Part shown: positions 39,554 through 51,893 of the stretch, piece by piece
Layout: every line of letters starts with the position of its first letter
Position numbering within the stretch: position 1 is the stretch's first letter
Translations under genes and position numbers: made by a program
Origin: Iphione sp. A-MEVVRFRX5
Taxonomy: Eukaryota
Assembly: GCA_976226885.1 (NCBI GenBank)
Contig: OZ320314.1
Coordinates: 34,348,001-34,412,000, forward strand
Length of the DNA stretch: 64,000 nucleotides
Reading direction: 5' to 3'
Notes under the pieces: model-generated
What the model was told of the DNA's origin: nothing
What the model saw: the letters and a program-made list of their open reading frames with translations, nothing else
Databases searched by the model: none

Positions 39554-42500
39554 AGGATTGGAGAGCATGGCGGGGTGCAAAGTAATAGTGTTCGCCGCGC
39601 GGTATTGGGGTCGCGCGCCTTAAATTTCGTTTTATGACTTTAATCTGGTGCTAAGAGCACGACATGACCAGCACTGATGAAGCATCATTGGCCATGTTAA
39701 CCACATGGCGCCCGCGCGGGCCCGGGACCAGAGCCTTTCATGTTAATGGACGTCGGGGAGCAGTGCAGACAGGGCGGGCTTGAGTCAGGCAGGTGAGATA
39801 TGGTGGGCCTCCTGGCCAGAGCAGGCTGACCAATGGCCGCGGCCAGACTCACCTTTATGGCCCGCCGGAAAGTAGACGGAGTGACATTATGGAAACTTAG
39901 ATCAACCCCGGTGATGCTTTTATGGTTCGCCCCTTCCCAGAAAGGTCATTTGGGTGTTATTGCGGCACAATGGCACTCTCCCCTTAAATGAATTCTCGCT
40001 GGAAGCATGAAATTGTAACTACCAGCAAGTCCGCGATGAAGGCGTGCATATGGGCAGTCTCAGCGGCGGAACCCATATGTGCTGGAAACAGTAATGGGCA
40101 TTCGGAGACAGGGCTATGGCTGCTTAGACTTAAGCAGTGTCGTTTCTCGTATACCGTGGCCTATCGACGGGAAAATGGCACCTTATAATGACAACCTATA
40201 CTACTATTGACTTTTTCAAGAACGTCTGATATATACAAGGCTCTACATGTATTCAACGATAAGGCATCCTTGTTGATCCAGGTGGTGTTGTAGGGTCCGG
40301 ATGGTACTCGTAGGTATACCACATCTGCGGGGGGCTCCGACATCACTTTTAGGATACGCCTATGGCTCTTCGATAACTCACCGGCTTTTAAGTGGAGTAT
40401 GGTCCCCAGGAGAGTGATAAAGCACACATACATGTGTTAAACACAGGCGGGAGATCGTAATCAACATGTTCTCTGCCTATGGAGGGATGGGATCAGCTGC
40501 CCAGGAGGAAGCGATAAAACAACCCTGCAATGGAGGCAAGAAACATACGAGGAATCCATAGGAAGCTAGCATCAACCACAGCATTTACCTACCATTTCGC
40601 ACATTCTCGCCACCACTCCATATCTTTATGTCTATTTTATAAATGGATGATCTACGTGACTGGAATCCGTTTGGGAATCTAATACTGCACCGCAAACAGT
40701 CCAACGTAGGTATGTAGATTGGAAGGTGCATATTTGGAGAAATGAAAGAGCTCCGGGACTAGTGTCCAACCGATAGGGTCAGTCCATAGTGGATGGGCTG
40801 CACCAGCTACCATAATTAGTTGATGGATGCCCTTGATAGGGCCTCCCCGGGGTGTCGTTGACCTACCTAATGCGCTCGGCGCTACCTCTCCTTCGTCACT
40901 GTGGCCGCTGGCGCTCTCTGTCTGACCCTGTGAGACCAAAGGCTGACCCAGATGCAAAGGTACCTAACAGCGAATGGGAAATGCATACAGGGATAACATT
41001 GAATTCCGGAAAGGTCACAATTTCTCTAAGTTTTATTGGGTACTTATATTGAAATTCCAGACATACGGAACATTGTAAAATACACAAATTGAGTTTCGTT
41101 GCTCATATCTGTGATGCATGGGTGGGTGACCTCCACTCCTTTCAACTCCCAAGCTTTAGACACGTATAGTGACACGGGACACTGTCCATCCCATCCATTT
41201 CCATTTCATTACTTTTTACACCCCAGGATTCCAGCCTTTCGTGAGCTTTGAGATTACAAAGATTGGAAGTGCACACTGCGGTTGACTGTGTACTGCATAG
41301 ACCGGTGGGCATTTCCTGCTTTCACACAAGAAACTGAAAAATAGAAAAAGCACAAAACAGCAGAAAAATACAAATACTCGATGTCAGGTTATAAACATGT
41401 CTAGGAACTCTTTTATGATTGATCATTGTTATGCACACGTACATCTTGGGCATAATTGATTGGACTCTGCGGTGAGCTTCATGTAACTCTCCTGACATTT
41501 GTTGGTCATATCATTACATTAGGAGTTGGTGCAAATACGCCCACATAGCTATACAAGATGCTACATACACTGTGATGGTATAACGTGAAGCAATTACATA
41601 ACAATCAGACTGAAAGTAAATAGACCATTTGTTGAAGCTTGGCTTCTATCTATTTACTAAGTGTATTTGGAGGTCAAACTTTGCAGAACGTCAGTTGACT
41701 CCTATCATTTATCATTGGTAACAATATTGTCACCCGGTCCACCCATGAATTTGCTCTCTGTCGCCATGGTGATTGTCATTTTTGTAAAGGGGCTATTGAA
41801 GGGAAACTCGTATTTTCGATGACGAACCAAGTAGATTTGCAGTTGCAGATTTGGGCTTTTTTCCCGCCATATATTGTCATAGTGGCCATCTCAGGAATTA
41901 GCACTAGAAAGACTATTTTTTAAAAGGGCAGTATTCTCGGTTTCACGACCCAAGGGAAAACAGGGAATGGCTCTTTTGGTTTCCCTTTTACGATGAAAAC
42001 GCACCGCCATGGCGACAACTGAAGCGCTCGAGTGCTTTGTGTTACTATGATATTGAAAGATATGGTTCCCTGAAGAACGAGGGGCTTTTGTGTAGGTGCC
42101 TCAAGTGGGCAGTAAGGGAACCTAAGGGGAAGTCAATCCCAGACTGACACATTCAGCAAATACCTTGCAGGGCCCCATTTCCTGTTTGGGATGGATGCAT
42201 GTCTTTCTCATGATCATGTTTTCGAATTTCCCAGGGAAACTTCCGTTGGACGGAATTCATTCATTCCGGAGAGAGGCCATATTGGAACATGGAGAACCAG
42301 CCCGAGTTGAACCGTAAAGTGAGCTGGCGTTGGGACGACCACAGTACCACACGCCTTTCCAGACCGCAGGCGATCGTATAATCCAATAATACTTAGTCAA
42401 TCCCTCTTCATCAATTATGAAGGGTTGATTTCTAATTCACCTGAACACTCAAGCCCCTCTGAGAGTCCTACGTTCTAATTTGACTCGAATCTAAAAGCTT

Positions 42501-42767
42501 GCACATGTATACTCAATAAAACCGCCATACTAGCTTTGTTGCCGTTGGGCTAATTGGACCTAGCCACAAGTTTCTCGCAAAAAAACGTACTAGCGGAAAA
42601 TCTGGGCTGATTTTAGTTTCTATAGTTTTGGTTTCTATGATCTAAATACAGTAATAAATTAGTACTACATTCCAATCCTTTGTTTCTTGTATGTACTAAA
42701 TTAGACGAAAAAGGATAATGGCCAGACGTCAATACTATATAGAGAGAAGGAAATGTATACTAGCCCT

Positions 42768-42770
<3 letters not shown>

Positions 42771-42808
<38 letters not shown>
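42771..42808. repeat. (AG)19 microsatellite
   Basis: Perfect 38-nt AG run. Confidence 0.97.
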
Positions 42809-42810
<2 letters not shown>

Positions 42811-43514
42811 TCGTCGGTGGTCTATGCTGTGTGGGGTGGGATGTTAGCCCACAGATACATCAGGGGACTAATTTGTCACTCGCAAAGGACTGAAAGCAAC
42901 TGGCAGCAGGGCTAAGTTTTCAAACACATCATTATACGCTGATGAAGCTTTATCATGCAAATAGCGCAGTACTGTGTGCATACCAATAGGCCGGACAACC
43001 TTCATGGGCCTTACGTACAACCTGATAAACCTCCCAGCTCTTTACATGCTCTCTTTAAAGCGAGCTACTTTAGCGATATAAACTGTTCTTTCAACAACAC
43101 CTGCCGAAATATGCTACTTTTGAAGACGGCATGTCTCTGATTCTTTCCAGTTTTACTTTTTTGAGGGTGGGGAGGCAGGCGCTCATTCTGTTCGTATAGC
43201 TGCATTGTTATGCAAATAAAAGTAGACCATTTAGAGGCGATAAGAGGGCTATATGTATGCCAGCCTGGAGGTAGTGACCTCATTAAGGTAAGCACGGATT
43301 TACCACCTGCCTCCATGGTTCGACATAATAGCCTCTACATCTGTCATTGGCGTTTCCTCGGAAACAAGTCGGCGAACACAGAATACGTATTCCCGACGAA
43401 GCATTTAACCCCAGCCAGACGAGCCGAAGGACCCGATAATTCAAGCATATTTCCCGCATGGGAAATAATGACCGTGTTACTCACTCAATATAGGGCAAGA
43501 AAATAAATGCTTGA

Positions 43515-43550
43515 CACCACCCCCCCCCAACACCACCACCACCACCAACA
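43515..43550. repeat. C-rich / (CAC)n low-complexity tract
   Basis: CACCACCCCCCCCCAACACCACCACCACCACCAACA read directly. Confidence 0.75.
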
Positions 43551-46500
43551 CACAAAGACAAGCGGGAGAAGACCTTTTTAAGTGCAGTTGAAGACGGTGA
43601 ATTGGTGGGTGTGGTGCGCGAGGTTCTTAAGCCGCTGCTATCCATGTTTTATTCCGAATCACCTGCATGGCAGTGGCTATCAGTCACACTCTATTCTTAT
43701 CTGTCAGTATACAAAAGCAGATAAGAGGGGCATTCCTATGCCGACTACCAGAGCCTTTGTGAGCGCTGTGCTTCCGCGCCTGATCCCTAACAATGCGGGC
43801 CATCGTGGAGTGATCTATGACCAGGCTCACTCAGCCTGAGTGGGATTATGTATACACGTGAACAGTCCGCAACAACGACCGCTTCCTTTCCCGCGTCCAA
43901 CCCTTGGTCGCGCCTAACGCGTGACAGAGTGGTCGTTGCGCATCAGAATGATAAGCGCCCGTGACTGCCATCCTTTCTCCTCTGGCATCCAAACCTCCTA
44001 CTCGGGATATAAATATTGGAGGTACGAACGAGGCCTACGGGGAACCCCCTTGTCTGCTTTCCTTTTCATCAGGAGATAATACACCCAAGTCTGGGGTGCT
44101 GATCTGCTACCTTGTACGGCTTATCTAATAAGGACGGCCTCACTCCCACATAGAGTGCCCCTCCATGCCCTGCATGCTAAAAAGATGTAGATTCTTCTTG
44201 GGACTAGACTTAAGGCAGCACTTTCCGTCTGCCCACCATACTAGGGACATATTTTTGAATCAAATACTATCGATGAAAGATGTAGCTCTCCTATCTCCGA
44301 GTCAGCGTTGCTCTTCTCTTGTCCTGGGTGTCATTTTATATACATGTGTATGTACATGACCACGTTTTGTAAGAACATTATCCTTGGTATCAACAGCTGT
44401 TCATCGCCCTTTTAAAATACGTTGTAGATGCATTAAATCTCTATCTATATTTGTATGATATGCTTAGGCTTCTAGAAGCAGACAAGTATTCATCTACATG
44501 GACTTAACAATAAGGTCTTAATCGGAGTTGCAACGTTTCTCTTGATTAGATAAAAAAACTAATTTTAGAAATCATACGAATGGCTTCACAAAATTATTAT
44601 TCAATTTTTGACCATTGGTCCACATAGCACGTTTCTATTCTAGGTGTTTGTTATTCTCTGATTTATCATTCAGTTATACATGTACTTCCTCCTAGGGCAA
44701 ACCTTGGAATGGGGAGCCATATTTTCTTAAACGAGTAAGCCGACTTCACGGTGGCTTCCTTCTGCATACCATAACTACACTGGCGGTTGGAAATCGAGAG
44801 GAACGATGCCTGTACAAGAGGAAGGTGTGTGGCTGGTCGAGAGAGGCCTGGAATGCCTACAATGGTGCTTAAATAGATGATGTAATGGACCTTTGGTTGT
44901 ATTTGCCAGGCGAAAATGCGGGTTTCTTCCGCGAATGGAGGCCGGGTGAAGACACCGGGGACAGCGTCAGCGGCCTCCCCTAGGTAAACGAGTGTAAACG
45001 TGCCGGGTCCGCCTCTATTGTTGGGCGGCGCGCGCGATGGCTGTTTGATCTTGGCCGATCCATCTTAGGCTATGCGACGTGCCGAGGACAAACACGCAGC
45101 CACCGGGGCTGCACAAAGAGGGACAGCGGCGCGGAAAAGACACGCCTGCGTGTTGACGTTCGTCGTCTGGTAACGCAGCTTACCTACTGGGACGTCGCCC
45201 CAGTCTTTATCCTGGTCGGGGCATGGATGGTGTGCCTTACAGCCGCCATTGCCGAACCATGGGGGACTCGGAGGCAGTACTTACACTACCGAAGCCGTCA
45301 ACAAGACAAAGTTAGCCGGCTCTTGGTTGGATCCTACGGAAAATAAGCATTTATAGCTTACACACTATATCTCGGCCCAATTATAGCAGAGGGCCACTAT
45401 TGTTGTTCCAACGAAGCAGATAATTAACTATAGCCCAGCGGTTCATGCTTAGCATCACTTGGCGTCATCCTCATACAAACCCTCTAAAATTATGTTATTT
45501 CCTCTATGTTTGTAAAGAGGGAATGAGGATAAAGTCCGTGCTCAGTAAGGCTAAGAGGCTTTGGTCCATTTGCACCGCTGGCCTTATCATCTGACTACCA
45601 GATCGAGGTAATCTACCAGAAGACTATAAAGTTTTGTTAACGTCTTCCAGACGATGTAGAAATTACATTTACTCGTATGAAAGTCATGATTGCCTGGCTT
45701 TCCCCTCCAACGACTGGTCAGCATTTTGGCGTGTGGGTCGATCCGAAGGCAGTCCTGGAAAACAGGCGAGGTGGACTAATCTTGTTATTTGACTGTTTAT
45801 TTTCCATATGCCAATAGTGCCTTCCCCGGCTGGTCTGCCCCACTGGGCCGTCGAGAAATAAGCCAGCTTTTGAGGCCACTTACTCGACCGTTTCCAGCGG
45901 AGATAGGACCAGCAAGACAATGAGGCTTGGATACAACGCAGAAGACTGCACCTCAACGGGTTCTTTCTCTCCCCGAAATGTATCTATCGAACACATATAC
46001 AATATGGTTCATTCATATAAAAAGTGTACTTGATCCTCATCATATTTTGAAATTGACTGAAATATTTGTGAAATAAAGTCTGAACCACAGTATTAAGACT
46101 CAAGCTCATCATTTCACTGCACATATCTTATCACCTCCACGTACGTAACTTATTGTTTCGAGAATAATGTTATAAATGATAAACGCGATTCTTGAAATAT
46201 GTACACATAATGAATTAATGTTAACTTCATTAAAGCTGGTGTATTTTAGTATAATCCAATCTAACACTAAATGTAAACTAGGAAATGTGATTATTTAGCT
46301 TATATTTTGAATACATGTAAACATTGAAGTCTTCTTGGAGATAGAAGCTCTCCATGAAGATCTTGATCCAGGTCGTTATCTAGCTATCAGTTCTTAGCGA
46401 GAAACGGTTAGATTAACTGCATCTCACTACAGCATAATAAAATATACGTTCCTATATTGGTTACTGATGAAATAAATACCAGTATCTGGCTTATGATAGA

Positions 46501-47014
46501 GATCGTAGGAAGTTGAGCAAGGAGTATGTTGGACGAATAGCAATACCAAGAGACGACCAAAAAAAGGATTGGCAAGAAAGGAAGAACGTAGTAAAGGTAT
46601 AGGGAATGGCCTCCTTTACAAAAAAAGCTTCAGACCGTCACAGTTGTCATATTGGTTGTATCATACACCACAGTTTTCCCTCCGTTGACCCGTGTCTAGT
46701 TCCGAATCAGTCCAACTCGCTTCGTACCAATGGTCGCACATATCCTCATATCGCCCCACATCTCCCGCCATCCTTAGTATATTTATGTCCAATAAAACCT
46801 AATAAAGTATGTCCATCTTGGCTGGCCCGGATGGCCTTTTTTTATCCCCTGTAAAGTGAGTCGAACTCGCTTGTCGGACACGCTCGCCAGGCACAGAAAC
46901 TGTTCCAGGCTTGACAGGGGGAGGGAGGGGGATACGTCCTGGAAAGGACGGTCACCTACCGTTAGAACCTAATAAAAGCCGCCAGAGAGTCGGACACAGG
47001 CAACCCAAGTCTGA

Positions 47015-47057
47015 CCCCCCCCCCCCATCCCCGTCCCTCTCCTCTCCCTCCCTCCCC
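47015..47057 (-). other. G-quadruplex (minus strand) / C-rich tract
   Basis: C12-AT-C4-GT-C3...C3-T-C3-T-C4 on the plus strand. Confidence 0.6.
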
Positions 47058-50000
47058 GCCTTCTTCTAGTGGACAATAATAAGGGTCAGCCTCACAACAC
47101 GCTTGGTATGAGTAATAATATGCAGACCACACTCGAACTCTGATGTACACCTAGCTTGTGTCTACCTTGCTATCCCCTCAAATGACGATAACTCACTGAT
47201 TTACAATAATGCGACGCAATACTTTAATCGACATAAATTCAGCATGACGTCTAAAGGGATAAGAAATGGGGGATTGTGGAGCGCGCCGGGTGGGCTCGGT
47301 TTATGGCTTGTCTATGGGAGATTTACATGTCGGGACTTCTTCTGGGTTACCCCGGTGAATCTTATCGTCAGGGTGTTAGCCATAAAGATGCTTTATGGCG
47401 CGTTGCTCCTTGTGGGAAGTGTCTGCATTATACCTATATTGTACGCCTTAAAAAGCCAGATGACGATAGATGGAAGGTCAGAAAGGGAATCGAAAGATTT
47501 ATGGCAGAACCCTTTCGCTTTTTACGGTTATACTGAGATCCTGATGAAAGTGGAATTTTTACGCTGACGGATCTATATCGTAAAGAAGGTAGCGACACGA
47601 TTTGTAGATCTCTGCCTATTCTTAGCACCCATACTCTGAAAAGGTTCCCTCCTCAATGGTATCCATCAGGTCTTGATAAAGCTGGCAGGCGACCTGAGGT
47701 AGCCACCTTAGCATGCCTCAAGACCCTCGGTGCTTTTCAGTGAGGGGAGACCAAAAAAATACCAGCTACTGGACGTGGGACACTTTGCAGGTATTTGTTC
47801 AAGTAGAAGACTTGTGGAGGCTTCTAAGGGGGTGTTGCCTTCTCCGTTTTCGCAAGGCCGACCCACTGAAGACGTTAGAACTAATATTGTTGTTTGTAAT
47901 GACACTTTTCCGGGCTGACGATGACAAATGGAGGATAGCTTAAAAAGCGGCAAGGCACCACTAGGAGCGATTGTAGGACGAGCACCTTTCGTTATTTTTT
48001 TTGGTGAGCAGCTCGTTGTACACGTGGTCGACGGAGCGGGATAAAAAGATGCGTTCCAATCAAGATGAAGTGGCGCCAGTTCAAATAATGGTGTGCAAAG
48101 ACTAAAGTGATCACAGCCCGATCTGGACCGAGCTAGAAACACGAGGTAGAGAAGTAGCGGTCTTGTAATAATGACAAAACACCGACGGAGGCGCCCACAG
48201 CCAAGATGTATAGGCTTCCGGTGTCGAGGAGTCTGCCCTCAAACGTCTCCTTTCTTTATCCCGCCATCAACACGTTGTACTTTCCTGTTTGAGCCATCGT
48301 CGTCATTCTCCTCCCAGCGGCAGCTTCTTCCCTGGGTTACCTCCCATATCCCATCCCCCACTACCCCCCCCCCCTCCGCCAACGTCAAGTCGCGCACTTC
48401 GCCTTCCGTCCTTCCCGGCGGTTCAACGATGATGGGTTGGCATGTAACACGAGCACTTCAACATCTGGGATGAATGAGGGAGGGGACTCCATCCTCTCTC
48501 TCATCCCGGCCATGTCAAGGTGTGCTATTGTTCCAAAAGCAATGAGCATCTTGGCCACGTTATAAACCACTTCGTCGCACGTGGGCCAATTCCAACCGGT
48601 TCTTTTACGTGAACGGCAAGCGAGCGTTTCGTAATCCTTTGAGATTACCCCTGTTTTGTCGTCGGTTTCAGCGGGATAGTATAAGACAAAATGGGAAAAA
48701 GGGACAGCAAAAGTTATTTTTATGAGCGAGCGTCAATGCCGCATCGAATTTGCAAGTATCATTAGCACGGCTATGCATTGTGTGTTGAATATTCATGCAA
48801 ATAATATATTCCTTATCCTAGAAAAATAAGAAAGGTGCCCCGCAGAATAACAACACTTCGTGGTGTCTTGCGACGCCACGTTCATTGTACCGAATTAGCC
48901 ACTTATTGGAGCCACTCTCATTCAGTACACAACTCGAGTCGGTCTGTGCCGGAACAATCAAGAACAGGTCCGACCTTGAGATGCTCAAAGTGACTCGCCG
49001 GCGAATTAACATTTCTTGTTATTAGTATCTCCTTACTCTATAATATATTATTTCTAACACCCACCCAACATATTACAAAATTGATGTTCTCCAAATATCA
49101 AAAAAATCGGGATACATCAGATTAATACTTTCTGCTTGCCTCCACATTGTATACTTGTGCGCGTTGATCACTTTCATTTCTAACCTAGTCCGATTCTTGC
49201 AAGCCATCCTCTGTTTCCATATGAAATATTATTCTGAGCCAGCTGAATATTATTTTCATGCATTTTCCAGCTTTAATGAAAAGAAGCTTTTGTTGTATAT
49301 TAACTTTAAATTATTTTGCACTCGGAACCGATCAGCCTTACGAAAGTTGGCGTTTATCGACCCGAGATATCGGCTTCAAAGGTCATACTCCGGTTCCGGA
49401 TAAAATTCAGAAATGAAACCCTCTGAAATCGTACTCAGTCTCTACCTGCACCAAAAGAGGCACAGTTGTGTTAGTGGACGTTCAAGGCTGGGACTTCATG
49501 TGATTCTCTCATAAAGCATGCTGCCGAGGCGCTTAACCCCCGTTGATTATTGTTCACGAGCAGCCTTAAAGACTTGAATTAATGCGCATAGAGAAGCGAG
49601 GTCTGCCGGCCGAATCAGTCATTACCGTCTTTGGTTCGGCCTTGATTAGAACTTGACATGCCAGGCCCCACGCGAGTGCCTTTGGCCGTACCCCTTGTGT
49701 GGGATATAAAATCCGCGCCTGCTCCCTGCATGCTTGCTTGCGAAGCAGGCAGCCTGGCACGCCCTCCATGCACACAAAGTTCTATTTGATGTAGGCCACT
49801 GTGCGCACCTGAGATGCAGACTGCATTAACTATTCGCCATATCCACCTGTCGGAGGTTAACTCCGCAGCCCTCATTCACTTCACTATGACCTACCAGCAT
49901 AGCGCGTCCAGTTTCAATAGGCTAAACGTGGAAAAGTAGCCTCATACAGCTCGGGTTTACGCGTTCTTTCTGTCGCATGCTAACTGGTAGTATATCCTTG

Positions 50001-51709
50001 CGATCGGTTTGTTATTTGTGAATCGTTCGCCGTGATTTACTGCTGGGGAATTACAACGAATAAAAGCAATTGTGAAATAGCATGTGGTACGGCTATCTCG
50101 CTGTGAGCTGAACAGAATGCTTCAAAGGGGCGGCGAACTCCAACGTGACCTGACTGTTCTTGTACTCACCTCCACAACAGGTGGAAAGGTTAAGTCCACC
50201 ATTAACTTCTTTGCGTGCACTGCAAGCCTACTAACGGACTTCATTATTATTCACAGCCTGTCTCTCCTTGCTGCGATAATTTCCTGAATAATATCAATCC
50301 CCTCTCCGAGACAGACTTACCTGTCATCACGAGAGAGGCATTGTCATTCCCCCATATGCATGAACTTCACCTGACAAACATTCTTCGCTGCTGTGCTCTG
50401 AGCGCCCCCCCCCCTCCTCCAGCTCTGACCCCCCCGTCATATTGAGAATAATGAGTTCTATGCTCACGCAGTGTTCCTGCAGTCTTTAGACAATATTTCA
50501 AAGTATTGATAATTCGTTCTCTCGGATTTGTGAAATATGAAATTAGAAACTTAGATCGATTAATGCGACCGTTTTATTGAATCATATCTATCGGTTTAAG
50601 ATGTCTTCAAATCCGGCCAGTTGTATGTAACGTTGGTCTTTGTCTTGTACGGACAAGATGCTTTTGTCGCCCACCTGACAAGAAGTTGGGCGATGAATGC
50701 AGACGAAGTTTCTCTGATGAAAGGTTAGGATACGCGAGCGTCTACGTCCGTAATCACATGTTTGCATGTCAGAGCCAACATGTAAGGCGGTTAGGAGAGT
50801 GGAGATCAGATCAAAACTCCCTCGGTGGGGCTGAGGACGAGCACGAGGACACGCCACGTATGCCCTGGCGCCAGGCAGAGGATCAAGGGGCGGGGGATGG
50901 GGTGGAGGATGCTTGCGTGGTGGCAGAAGGTTTCTTTTTTCTTCCACTTATTTGAAAAGAGCGCAACCTTGTTACATGTCCTCATCGAGTCACCGACGTC
51001 AGAGGTTCTTCTTGAGTTTGCTTCGTGCCGAGACATCGTCACGGAATGCATGGCTACCTGTTTGCATCCGCGCACCTGTTCCGGATTTAGATCTCTTTTC
51101 TTGTACGCAAACATGCCAAGGAATGTTTAAAGTATGTGGCAGTGTTTTATGAAAGAACGTGGGTCTGCCTTTTTAAAGACGCTCCTAATTATAAGAGAGT
51201 CGGTTTGTGGCATAGCTTCGGTCATCTAGGTACACATACTAATGAGTTATTCGACCAGTGGAAAATCTTTTTGCGATTCCGTAAGAGAGTTTGAAATCCA
51301 ATGAAAAGCACGTGCAACATTCAGAATAGTATGGAATAGAATAGTAGTTTATTGACGTCCAATTCGTCGTACATAGGGGGAAGTTCTTCAATTGTAACAT
51401 CAAGATATGCTAAGTCAAACGACTACTGTTACGAACATTAAAACAAAAAAATATAGTTATTTTACACAAAGCATTTACCTGGGATAGTTCGCCTCAAAAT
51501 CTACATAAATGTGAATTAATGTTAATTTTTACCATGTTCAGGAGGCAGATTAATGTTTCGGTGATCCATAGCTTTACAGTAACAGCATCGTTATTTTCCA
51601 GGATCGCGAAACTTCATCAGGTTGGGCAGAGTATGTTGGCAGTTCAAACGGCTAATAGAAAGCTTTCGGAATAATATTAACCAAATTTTCCTAGTGTTGC
51701 TTCGTCTTA

Positions 51710-51893
51710 TAGGGGAACATCCACTTAGGAGACTATCCCTTTGACTAGAACAATCTGATTTCTTTTTTTGTCGGTCTGGTCTCCTCTGCGGTCTCCTTTT
51801 ATATTGGAATTTAGGCCACTGGTTCTGTTAAAATCTGGTATCTCAACCGATATGGTCTCCTCTGTGATCTGGTCTTTAAGTGAGAGTTGACTG
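51710..51893. mobile_element. pogo/Tigger-like MITE relic, copy B (same family as 17775-17877)
   Basis: The left end contains CCACTTAGGAGAC (51721-51733), identical to the reverse complement of copy A's right TIR core. The right end reads CAGTCAACTCTCACTTAAAGACCAGATCACAGAGGAGACCATATCGG on the minus strand, matching AAGACCAGATCAAGGGGGAGACCAAACCGG in copy A. The internal subrepeat TGGTCTCCTCTG occurs twice. Confidence 0.6.

Noticed and set aside
4630-47670. Pbx-Hox TGATGGAT sites (4630, 24240, 31259, 40820, 47661) suggesting a Hox cluster
   Set aside because: Only mildly above expectation, and I found no homeobox exon, miR-10 or clean DR5 RARE, so a Hox-cluster identity cannot be claimed.
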